From: Bacteroidia bacterium
Lineage (GTDB): Bacteria; Bacteroidota; Bacteroidia; B-17B0; Aurantibacillaceae
Direction of reading: 5' to 3'
Length of the DNA stretch: 64,000 bases
NCBI GenBank assembly: GCA_035405785.1
Contig: DAONJS010000007.1
Location: 49,620 to 113,619, forward strand
Under the pieces are notes generated by a model. The model was not told the origin of the DNA and made no database searches. It worked only from the letters and a program-made list of their open reading frames with translations. Of this stretch, positions 37,421 to 45,407 are shown one piece after another. The translations under genes and the position numbers were made by a program. Numbering within the stretch: position 1 is the first letter of the stretch; each line of letters starts with the position of its first letter.

Positions 37421-37493
37421 GAACCACAAAGCATTCTATAATTTACAGAGAACAAAAGTATTTTAATAACAAAATAGAAGTGCTTTGTGGTTC
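37421..37493. terminator. Long-range inverted repeat between convergent genes (possible bidirectional terminator)
   Basis: gaaccacaaagca (37421-37433) and tgctttgtggttc (37481-37493) are perfect 13-bp complements, extendable with one bulge. Spacer of 47 nt. Confidence 0.4.
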
Positions 37494-37514
37494 TGATTGT
37501 AACTTAAATTAATG

Positions 37515-38654
37515 TTAGTGTTTAATGATTAACTTTTGCACAACTTCTTTTTCATCAATCTTAATATGGGCAAAGTAAATACCGTCTTGTAAATTAGTAT
37601 TAATTTCTTCATTTATATTAACTGATTTATCAAATATTAATTTACCTGTAATATCAAATATTTTCAAATAAGCAGATTTATTACTTGAATTAGAATAAAT
37701 TTTCCAGTTACCATTATTAGGATTTGGAAAGATATTAATAATATTTGATGATAGTGAGTTTGAATGAATATTTGTGCAAGTTGTAACATATAAATCAGCA
37801 GGATTAAATGGTACTGGAGGACAATTCATTGAGTAATACCATTCTCCTGAAAATGTAATATTCTGAGTGGCAGTACAAGTAAATGTTGAAAAAGGATTAT
37901 TTGGCATAGGAGGAAAACAACTTGGTGAATTTGAGTAGAGATTAGCGTTGATTATATTAACTGGAACAAAAGGCGCAGGAAAATATTGAACTGTAAATGT
38001 AGTGCCAGCACATAATGTATCGTTTGGCAATATATTTATAAAACCTGTTCCAGCATTTCCACATATTGAAAATGGATAAAGACCACCAAGACCTCCACTG
38101 CAACCATTGGAAGTATTTACAGAATCGGTTACACTGACATAATAATCACCTGGATATAAATATACTGTATCTTGGTTGCCATTAACAACATGGTTTTTTA
38201 TAGATGACATCATGAAATCATACCATGTTACATAATATGGTGGAGTACCCCCTGATATTTGTGCTGTTGCTAAATATGAATTCATGGGTCCAGGAGGAGT
38301 TGCAGGAACAGTTGTAACTGTTGAAATAAATGGAGTAGATATAGTACCCATAGAAAAAGTTGTACATCCTATTAACCCATTTGACGACATGGCACATAAA
38401 GTGTATACGGGACATGAACACAAAGTATTAACAACAAAAGAATTGGTTGAAGAAGACCCCATAGAAAATGTACATCCTGCAATTGTATAAGTAATGGGAG
38501 TAACAATAGGAGTACTTGTAGAAGTTACATACACAGTAGAACTACCTGTACAAGGGCTGTAACAACTAGCGCTTGTAATTGTACTGAATGTTAATTGTGC
38601 TTGTAATGTAGCAATACTAATTGCACCTGTAATTAATAATGTTAATTTTTTCAT
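37515..38654 (-). CDS. T9SS type A sorting-domain cargo protein, Cys/Thr/Ser/Pro-rich, 379 aa
   Basis: Signal peptide. C-terminal IFPNPNNGNWKI...ITGKLIF...DGIYFAHIKI tail. Confidence 0.75.
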   Translation of the reverse strand: MKKLTLLITGAISIATLQAQLTFSTITSASCYSPCTGSSTVYVTSTSTPIVTPITYTIAGCTFSMGSSSTNSFVVNTLCSCPVYTLCAMSSNGLIGCTTFSMGTISTPFISTVTTVPATPPGPMNSYLATAQISGGTPPYYVTWYDFMMSSIKNHVVNGNQDTVYLYPGDYYVSVTDSVNTSNGCSGGLGGLYPFSICGNAGTGFINILPNDTLCAGTTFTVQYFPAPFVPVNIINANLYSNSPSCFPPMPNNPFSTFTCTATQNITFSGEWYYSMNCPPVPFNPADLYVTTCTNIHSNSLSSNIINIFPNPNNGNWKIYSNSSNKSAYLKIFDITGKLIFDKSVNINEEINTNLQDGIYFAHIKIDEKEVVQKLIIKH

Positions 38655-38783
38655 AGTTGTAAGATTTTATTTTTAAATGTGTTTTCAAATAATGTTCCAT
38701 ATTTTGCAAATAGATAATTCAAAGTAGCAAAAACATAAAATGAATGAGTGAGTGGTAACTTTTATTGAGTGAATGTAAAAACT

Positions 38784-40085
38784 TTAAGTATTTTCTGTCC
38801 ATTTTAATCTGTCAGCATTTGAAAATTGCCAGGGTGCACCATTATTTTCAATATTTGATAACATAGCATTCAAAGAACTTGGTGCTTTACTTTGTTCTAA
38901 AATTAAATTATATCTCAATTCCATAATAATGGCTAATGGATTGATATTAACAGGACATTCTTCAGCACAAGCATTACAAGTATTGCAAGCCCAAATTTCT
39001 TCTTCTGAAATGTAAGAAAATAAATTTTTACCATCGTCAACAAATTTTTTATTGACATCAATGTTTTTTCCTACTTCTTCTAATCTATCTCTAACACTCA
39101 TCATTATTTTACGAGGAGAAAGTTTTTTTCCAGTTGTATTTTGTGGACAAACAGAAGTACACCTTCCACATTCAGTACATGTATATGCTTCTAATAATTG
39201 TTTCCAACTCAAATCAAATACATCTTTTGCCCCAAAGGTCATTTCTGAATTTGGATCAGTAGAAGGTATGTAATTTGGATCAAAATTAGGAGCCACTACA
39301 TCTGTAACTTCTTTGAGTGTTCTGAATTTTCCAAGTGGTTTATTGGGCTCATAAAAATAAGTGTTTGGAAATGCAAGTATGATGTGTAAATGTTTAGAAA
39401 TAGGTAAATAATTAAGAAAAACTAAAATCCCAATAATATGAATCCACCAGAAAGTTCTTTCAATTAAAATTAATTTTTCAGTAGAAAAATTTTGTAATAA
39501 CGGAATAAAGAATGAAGATACTGGAAAAGCCCCAGCAGAGATATAATGTTCAATTTGACGAGTTTGTAAAATTTTATCAGAAGCATTGGATAACATTAAA
39601 GCTGTCATTAATATCATTTCCATAATTAAAATAAAATTAGCATCTTTGAATGGAAATCCAATTAAATCAGGATGAGCAAATCTTTTAAGTTTTAAAACAT
39701 TTCTTCTTATCCAAAAAATAACAACACTTACAAAAACCAGTAAAGCCAATATTTCAAAAAATCCTATTAGAAAATCATAGAAACTTCCAAATACAGCAAA
39801 CATTCTGTGTGTTCCAAAAATACCATCTAAAATAATTTCTAACACTTCAATATTGATTAAAATAAAACCAGCATATACAAAGATATGTAATATACCAGCA
39901 ACGGGGCGAGTAATCATTTTACTTTGTCCCAGTGCCACACGAATCATATTAGACAATCGTTCTTCGGGGGAAGATTCAAAAGTTACATCTTTCCCTAATA
40001 AGATATTTCTGCGAATTTTTTTTGCATTGAATGTAAATAAGCCAATTGCAGTAATTAGTAAAACAATAAATATTATGCTCGCCAT
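38784..40085 (-). CDS. Membrane-bound (Fe-S)-binding protein with two 4Fe-4S motifs
   Basis: About 6 TM helices, then CTECGRCTSVCP and CNTCNACAEECP. Confidence 0.75.
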   Translation of the reverse strand: MASIIFIVLLITAIGLFTFNAKKIRRNILLGKDVTFESSPEERLSNMIRVALGQSKMITRPVAGILHIFVYAGFILINIEVLEIILDGIFGTHRMFAVFGSFYDFLIGFFEILALLVFVSVVIFWIRRNVLKLKRFAHPDLIGFPFKDANFILIMEMILMTALMLSNASDKILQTRQIEHYISAGAFPVSSFFIPLLQNFSTEKLILIERTFWWIHIIGILVFLNYLPISKHLHIILAFPNTYFYEPNKPLGKFRTLKEVTDVVAPNFDPNYIPSTDPNSEMTFGAKDVFDLSWKQLLEAYTCTECGRCTSVCPQNTTGKKLSPRKIMMSVRDRLEEVGKNIDVNKKFVDDGKNLFSYISEEEIWACNTCNACAEECPVNINPLAIIMELRYNLILEQSKAPSSLNAMLSNIENNGAPWQFSNADRLKWTENT

Positions 40086-40123
40086 AAATTAGTTTTGAGT
40101 TTTGGGGATTTGATTAAAATATT

Positions 40124-41083
40124 TTAATTTTTAATTTTTTCCTTTTTGCCAAATAATGAAAAATGTACGTATCTTTTTGGATGATCTTTTAAATCACCTA
40201 ATAATTTTTCAAGATTAGCAAGAGATTTATTGAGATTGTTATATACTGAATCATTTTTTGCTAATTTACCTAATGTACCTTTACCTTCGTTGATATTGGC
40301 TAAAAGAGTTTTGGTTTCTGTAAGCGTTTTATTTAAATCTTTTATAGTGTTTTTAATAGGAGCATTGGCTAAACTATCAGAGAGTTGATTTAGATTTTTT
40401 GTAATAGCAGGTAAATTTTTATCCAGTGTGGTGAGAATAGAATTAAGTTTAGAAATAATTAAAGAAATTTTTTCTGCATCTTGTTCAAAAGTTTTTGCTG
40501 TGCGTTCTAAACTGAGTATGGCTTTTCTGGTGCTTTCAAGAGAATGAATGATATTTTCTCGTGAAGTTTTATTTAAAACATAAGTTACTATAGTAGCCAC
40601 ACTATCAATAGATCCGACTAAATTTTCAATCTTTGCCTGTAATGGTGCTAATCTTTTATCTACTGCTTCTTTTAATCCCTGTTCTGCTTCAGATAAAAGT
40701 GTATCATTATCGGCAGCTAAATCTTTGCTGTTTCCATATTCAATTTCAATAGCTTTTGAACCTAAAAGGTCGGTGCTAATAACACGTGCAACAGAATTTT
40801 TTGGTACTTCTAATTTTTCTGTAATAAGCATTCTCACTAATACTTCATATTTTCCGTGTCTTCTGATAAGAGAAATTTTATTTACTGTACCTACTTTATA
40901 TCCATTCACTAAAACGGGGTTAGCTTCAATTAAATTATCTAATCTTGGATATGTTGCATATAAAATTGTTTTTCTTGAAAACATTTCTACGCCCTTTAGA
41001 AATTTTATTCCCCAATATAAACAGGCAATAGCAAAGACAACTACAAAAGCAATAAGATATTCTTTTTTTAAATTAAATTTCAT
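40124..41083 (-). CDS. MlaD/MCE-family protein
   Basis: N-terminal TM, MCE domain (NPVLVNGYKVGTVNKISL...VISTDLLGSKAIEI), long helical C-terminus. Confidence 0.75.
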   Translation of the reverse strand: MKFNLKKEYLIAFVVVFAIACLYWGIKFLKGVEMFSRKTILYATYPRLDNLIEANPVLVNGYKVGTVNKISLIRRHGKYEVLVRMLITEKLEVPKNSVARVISTDLLGSKAIEIEYGNSKDLAADNDTLLSEAEQGLKEAVDKRLAPLQAKIENLVGSIDSVATIVTYVLNKTSRENIIHSLESTRKAILSLERTAKTFEQDAEKISLIISKLNSILTTLDKNLPAITKNLNQLSDSLANAPIKNTIKDLNKTLTETKTLLANINEGKGTLGKLAKNDSVYNNLNKSLANLEKLLGDLKDHPKRYVHFSLFGKKEKIKN

Positions 41084-41271
41084 TTTACAATTTTAATTGC
41101 TCGCAAAAGTAATAAAAATAAATTTGTTACTATTCAGGTTTATTACTTAAAAATCGTGTTACTATTCAGTCATTCAAAGTAATTATCAAGATTCATTTCT
41201 CGCAAAGCTAGCAAAGTATAAGAATACCAAGCATGCAAATATTTTCAAAAATTTTTAGTTATGAGTTTTAC

Positions 41272-41360
41272 CGTCATTACGAGCGAAGCGAAGTAATCGC
41301 AAAAGTATTATTCACATAACAATTACGATATTGCTTTGGACTTATGCCATTGAAATGACG
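41272..41360. mobile_element. 89-bp MITE-like element, copy 2 (inverted relative to copy 1)
   Basis: cgtcattacgagcgaagcgaagtaatc ... ccattgaaatgacg. Same length and same termini as 31019-31107. Confidence 0.5.
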
Positions 41361-41369
41361 ACAAAAATT

Positions 41370-41470
41370 AAAAACTAAACACTAAAAACTCAAAACTCAA
41401 AACATTTCACTATTCACTATTCACTATTCACTATTCATTTTTCACTATTCATTTTTCACTATTCACTATT
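41370..41470. repeat. AAAACTC-family then TTCACTA-family heptamer arrays, running into the stop codon of the sugar transferase gene
   Basis: aaaaact aaacact aaaaact caaaact caaaac, then ttcacta x4 ttcattt ttcacta ttcattt ttcacta ttcacta. The TAG stop (41466-41468, minus strand) lies in the last unit. Confidence 0.9.
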
Positions 41471-42887
41471 TTCCCTTTCCTTGAATGACAACTAAAATGG
41501 TATGTATTAAAATTTTTAAATCAAGCAAAACGGACATGTTTTTTAAATATAAAATATCATATTTCATTCTTTCAACCATTTGATCTACATTTTCAGCATA
41601 ACCATATTTTACTTGTCCCCATGATGTAATTCCCGGCTTAATTTTATGTAACAATTTGTAGTGTGGGGCTTTTTGTATTATTTGCTGGATATAGTATTCT
41701 CTTTCAGGTCTTGGGCCTACAATACTCATTTCACCTTTTAATACATTAAAAAATTGTGGTAATTCATCTAATCTTGTTTTTCTTAAAAATCTGCCAAATT
41801 TTGTAACCCTTGGATCATTTTCGGATGATAATGCAGGACCATTTTTTTCCGCATCTACATACATAGTACGAAATTTATATATGTAAAATTTTTTTCCATT
41901 TTTGCCTATTCTTTCTTGCTTAAAAATGATTGGGCCTTTTGAAGAACATTTTACAAGAATAGATAAAATCAAATACAACCAACTAAAACAAATGATGATA
42001 AATAAAGATAAAACAATATCAAAAAATCTTTTCATTGAAACTTGCCATTGTTTCATTGGTACAATTTCTAAAGTAATAAGTGGTAATGATTCTACAGCAT
42101 CTAATTTTACCTGACCAGTAAGTAAATCATAAGTATCTGGCACTAAATGAATATGTAAATCTAAATAGTATAATTCATTAATAATTTCATTGAGTTTGTC
42201 GTGTTCATTTGTTTCTATAGCAACAATAACTTCTTCAATTTGATATTGATGAATGATTTGAATGATGTCTTTAAATTCTCCTAAATGTGGAATTATTTTT
42301 TTTAATTCTTCAGAAAATCCATTTTTACCTTCTAAATGAATAAATCCTTTTATACCAAAACCTATGCCTTTCTTTAAATGAAGTATTTCTTTTACTATTT
42401 CTAATGCTTTTTGATTGCTTCCAATGATAATTGTTGGAAATTCCCATTCTCTTAATTTGATTTTTTTATTGATGTAAGAAGAAAATATAAATCTTGTAGT
42501 GGCTGTAATTCCAAAATGAAAAATGAATAAAAATAAAACTGATTTGTAGTAAAACTTATAATTTGCAACATAATCATCCAATAATAAATTGAAAAATAAC
42601 AAAATCGTTCCAAAAATAGAAGCAAATAAAATTTGATACATCTCATTAACACGAGATCGGCGAAATACATCATTGTAATGCCCAGACAAATAATATAATA
42701 ATAACCAAAATAAGGGAACTAATATAACACCTATCCAGTATTGTTTATCAAACAACACTTGTGGTTCAACATAAGTTTTAAAGTAGTCAATATTATATTT
42801 TCTATATACATAAAACAATGTCCATGCTAATGCGGCAGAAAAAAAATCAAGTAAGATATTAATTATAGTAAATTTTTTTCTATCCAT
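41466..42887 (-). CDS. Polyprenyl glycosylphosphotransferase (WbaP/EpsB-type sugar transferase)
   Basis: N-terminal TM bundle, central Rossmann-like linker, C-terminal KRFFDI..., PIIFKQERIGKNGKKFYIYKFRTM, DELPQFFNVLKGEMSIVGPRPE. ATG at 42887 shares one base with the upstream stop. Confidence 0.85.
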   Translation of the reverse strand: MDRKKFTIINILLDFFSAALAWTLFYVYRKYNIDYFKTYVEPQVLFDKQYWIGVILVPLFWLLLYYLSGHYNDVFRRSRVNEMYQILFASIFGTILLFFNLLLDDYVANYKFYYKSVLFLFIFHFGITATTRFIFSSYINKKIKLREWEFPTIIIGSNQKALEIVKEILHLKKGIGFGIKGFIHLEGKNGFSEELKKIIPHLGEFKDIIQIIHQYQIEEVIVAIETNEHDKLNEIINELYYLDLHIHLVPDTYDLLTGQVKLDAVESLPLITLEIVPMKQWQVSMKRFFDIVLSLFIIICFSWLYLILSILVKCSSKGPIIFKQERIGKNGKKFYIYKFRTMYVDAEKNGPALSSENDPRVTKFGRFLRKTRLDELPQFFNVLKGEMSIVGPRPEREYYIQQIIQKAPHYKLLHKIKPGITSWGQVKYGYAENVDQMVERMKYDILYLKNMSVLLDLKILIHTILVVIQGKGK

Positions 42888-43774
42888 CAATAACTGATTA
42901 GTTTGATATTATCCATTAAAATTTCTGCTTGAGAAACAGATGATTCTTTTGTTACTTTGAAATAAATTCCAATATTGTTATTGGTTGATGTTCCACCCAT
43001 CAGTGATAAATAGGGTGTCAAATCTAAATATATTTTATTCCATTCTCCATTAGTAGAAACCAATGTAATTACCGATTTCACAAGCACGCCACTGTATAAG
43101 CCAATTTCAAATGATTGATTACATTTATAATTAAGTTCTAAATAAGTTGCATCATAAGAGAGTGTGTAAGTATTTGCTGAAACTAAATAAGCATAAGGTC
43201 TATTGGCGTCAGTAACAATTTTCATACATTTATTTCCTTCAAAAACATCTGCAGAAGGATTTACACTTTTGTCCAAAATAATTAAATTTGTATCAGAACC
43301 CGTGCCTTTTACAATCGTTATTCCACCTATGCCTCCAAAGTTTTCAAAATCTTCCATCCATTTAAAATTAATTCCAGATTTGTAATTAAAACTTAATGAT
43401 CTGTATAATATCTGATTTTCATTGGCAGTAGTATCTATTTCAATAGGTGCATAGAATGGATAAATGATTCGTAAAGCCGATAAACCGTCTTTTCTAATGC
43501 CTGCAAACATTTTTATTCTTGCGGGTTGAGATGTGATGGGTATATTTCTTCCAATAGGATAAACTCCTTTGAACTGTCCATTTTCATAAATCCATATTTC
43601 TGTAATTTTGTGATTTGTTGTGCCTTGACCACTTACAGTATAAACGCTTACTGAAGGAATATTTAAGTAAAATGGAACTGGTGCTTTTAATTTTGATTTA
43701 TTACAATGAGTATTAAATATAAAAATTAAGATTATCCCTAAAAAGAAAAATATAAGTGAAAAGATTTTTTTCAT
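42887..43774 (-). CDS. Lipoprotein, hypothetical (beta-rich, jelly-roll-like C-terminus)
   Basis: Lipobox-like ...IFNTHC. 295 aa, translationally coupled on both sides. Confidence 0.5.
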   Translation of the reverse strand: MKKIFSLIFFFLGIILIFIFNTHCNKSKLKAPVPFYLNIPSVSVYTVSGQGTTNHKITEIWIYENGQFKGVYPIGRNIPITSQPARIKMFAGIRKDGLSALRIIYPFYAPIEIDTTANENQILYRSLSFNYKSGINFKWMEDFENFGGIGGITIVKGTGSDTNLIILDKSVNPSADVFEGNKCMKIVTDANRPYAYLVSANTYTLSYDATYLELNYKCNQSFEIGLYSGVLVKSVITLVSTNGEWNKIYLDLTPYLSLMGGTSTNNNIGIYFKVTKESSVSQAEILMDNIKLISY

Positions 43775-44775
43775 CAGAGTGAATTATGAAGGGCTAATTT
43801 GTTTTTTGAAATGATATTTTCTATTTGATAAGCAACATCTAATACATTTATAGCATCATCAATACTAACAATTGGCTTCATACCCTTGTTTATACTATTG
43901 ATAAACGATTTTAATTCTTCTTTTATTGCATTGGATTGAAAAATTTCGGGCTTTTCAATAATAATTTCTTTGTCTGTCATTCCATTACCATGGGAAAGTA
44001 ATAATGCATCTTCTGGAGTATTTTCATCTATATTTTTGATATGAACAATTTCTGATTTTTTTTCTAATAAATCTATTGATATGTATGCATTCTTTTGAAA
44101 TACTCTGAATTTTCTCATATTTTTCAATGATAATCTGCTTGTGGTGATATTAGCCACACTTCCGTTTTCAAACTCTATTCTGACATTGGCTATATCAGTA
44201 GATGGACTTACAATTTCAATACCATTTGCATAAATGTTTTTAATTTTATTAGGTTGAATATTCAATATCAAGTCAAGGTCGTGTATCATTAAATCAAGTG
44301 TAACTGACACATCTGTTCCGCGGGGATTATATATTGCTAAACGATGAACTTCAATAAACAAAGGCAGGTCAATAAATTTTCTAGTTGCTACAAATGCAGG
44401 ATTAAATCTTTCAACATGCCCCACTTGAATAACTACATTTTTTTTAAAAGATAATTCTTTTAATGCTTTGGCTTGTTCAACTGTTTTAGTAACTGGTTTT
44501 TCTATAAAAACATGTTTATTATTTAAAATAGATTTTTTAGCAATTTCAAAATGTGTGTCTCCTGGTGTTACAATATCAATTACATCACTATCACTTATCA
44601 AATCATCTATTGAATTATACGCATTTACAGCATATTCATTTGAAACTTTTTCTAATTCATTTTTATTGATGTCAAATATACCAATACTTTTTATGTATCC
44701 TTCTTTTTGTAATTCCAGTAAGAGTTTAAGATGAATTTTTCCTAAATAGCCAATACCTGCTAAACCAATTTTCAT
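43774..44775 (-). CDS. Gfo/Idh/MocA-family NAD(P)-dependent oxidoreductase
   Basis: MKIGLAGIGYLGKIH Rossmann N-terminus, EKP motif (VFIEKPV), GHVERFNP. Confidence 0.85.
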   Translation of the reverse strand: MKIGLAGIGYLGKIHLKLLLELQKEGYIKSIGIFDINKNELEKVSNEYAVNAYNSIDDLISDSDVIDIVTPGDTHFEIAKKSILNNKHVFIEKPVTKTVEQAKALKELSFKKNVVIQVGHVERFNPAFVATRKFIDLPLFIEVHRLAIYNPRGTDVSVTLDLMIHDLDLILNIQPNKIKNIYANGIEIVSPSTDIANVRIEFENGSVANITTSRLSLKNMRKFRVFQKNAYISIDLLEKKSEIVHIKNIDENTPEDALLLSHGNGMTDKEIIIEKPEIFQSNAIKEELKSFINSINKGMKPIVSIDDAINVLDVAYQIENIISKNKLALHNSL

Positions 44776-44841
44776 TGAAAAATTTTTTGAAGTGGCTAAT
44801 GTATGAAAATACTTATTTAATTTTAATTTTGAAATATATAC

Positions 44842-44870
44842 AAAAATAAAAAAGGGGGCAAAAGCCCCCT
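44842..44870 (-). terminator. Rho-independent terminator after rplS
   Basis: Minus strand reads GGGGGC-TTTT-GCCCCC followed by TTTTTTATTTTTG, starting 10 nt after the rplS stop. Confidence 0.7.
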
Positions 44871-44879
44871 GAATTTTAA

Positions 44880-45272
44880 TTATTGAGCGGCAACCTCCGC
44901 TGCTTCTTTTGAAGATTTACCGAAACTTAATTTTTCTTTAATTCTAGCAGACTTACCACTTAAATTTCTGATGTAGTAAATTCTTGCTCTACGAACTTTA
45001 CCTCTCTTAACAATATCAATTTTTTCAATAAAAGGTGAGTTGTATGGGAAAATTCTCTCTACACCAACACCATGTGAAATTTTTCTAACAGTAAAAGTTC
45101 TTGTTGCATTTTCATTTTTAATTTGAATAACAACACCAGTAAAATTTTGAACTCTTTCTTTATCACCTTCTTTGATTTTATAATGTACAGTGATAGTATC
45201 TCCTGCCTTAAAATCTGGATGCTTTACATTGAAAGTTAATTCTTTTTTAATTTCTTCTAATAAACTTGACAT
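44880..45272 (-). CDS. rplS: 50S ribosomal protein L19
   Basis: [29 protein letters not shown]...[22 protein letters not shown] at 45272 preferred because a -7 box overlaps the 45296 start. Confidence 0.9.
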   Translation of the reverse strand: MSSLLEEIKKELTFNVKHPDFKAGDTITVHYKIKEGDKERVQNFTGVVIQIKNENATRTFTVRKISHGVGVERIFPYNSPFIEKIDIVKRGKVRRARIYYIRNLSGKSARIKEKLSFGKSSKEAAEVAAQ

Positions 45273-45293
45273 ATCTTTATTATTTAGGGGGTG

Positions 45294-45301
45294 CAAATAT
45301 A
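45294..45301 (-). promoter_or_regulatory. Candidate -7 box TATATTTG for rplS
   Basis: Reverse complement of caaatata matches TAnnTTTG, 21 nt upstream of the ATG at 45272. Confidence 0.4.
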
Positions 45302-45343
45302 CATAAATTCTTTTTAATTCTCCAAATATTTCTTAATTATTAT

Positions 45344-45377
45344 TTAAAAAAATATCACCCGCCAAAAGGCAGGTGAT
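45344..45377 (-). terminator. Rho-independent terminator after the type B CTD adhesin gene
   Basis: Minus strand reads ATCACCTGCC-TTTT-GGCGGGTGAT (one mismatch) followed by ATTTTTTTAAATAA. Confidence 0.6.
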
Positions 45378-45407
45378 ATAAGTGGTCAGTAATGATTTTT
45401 TATTCAA

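Noticed and set aside
38218-38490. ORFs 38218-38421(-) and 38284-38490(+) within the 379-aa T9SS cargo gene
   Set aside because: They are shadow frames. The cargo frame carries both the signal peptide and the CTD.
38784-40085. Missing CCG-domain partner of the membrane Fe-S protein as a notable anomaly
   Set aside because: My memory that these proteins are normally paired with a downstream Cys-rich (CCG) subunit is not firm enough, and the partner may simply be encoded elsewhere.
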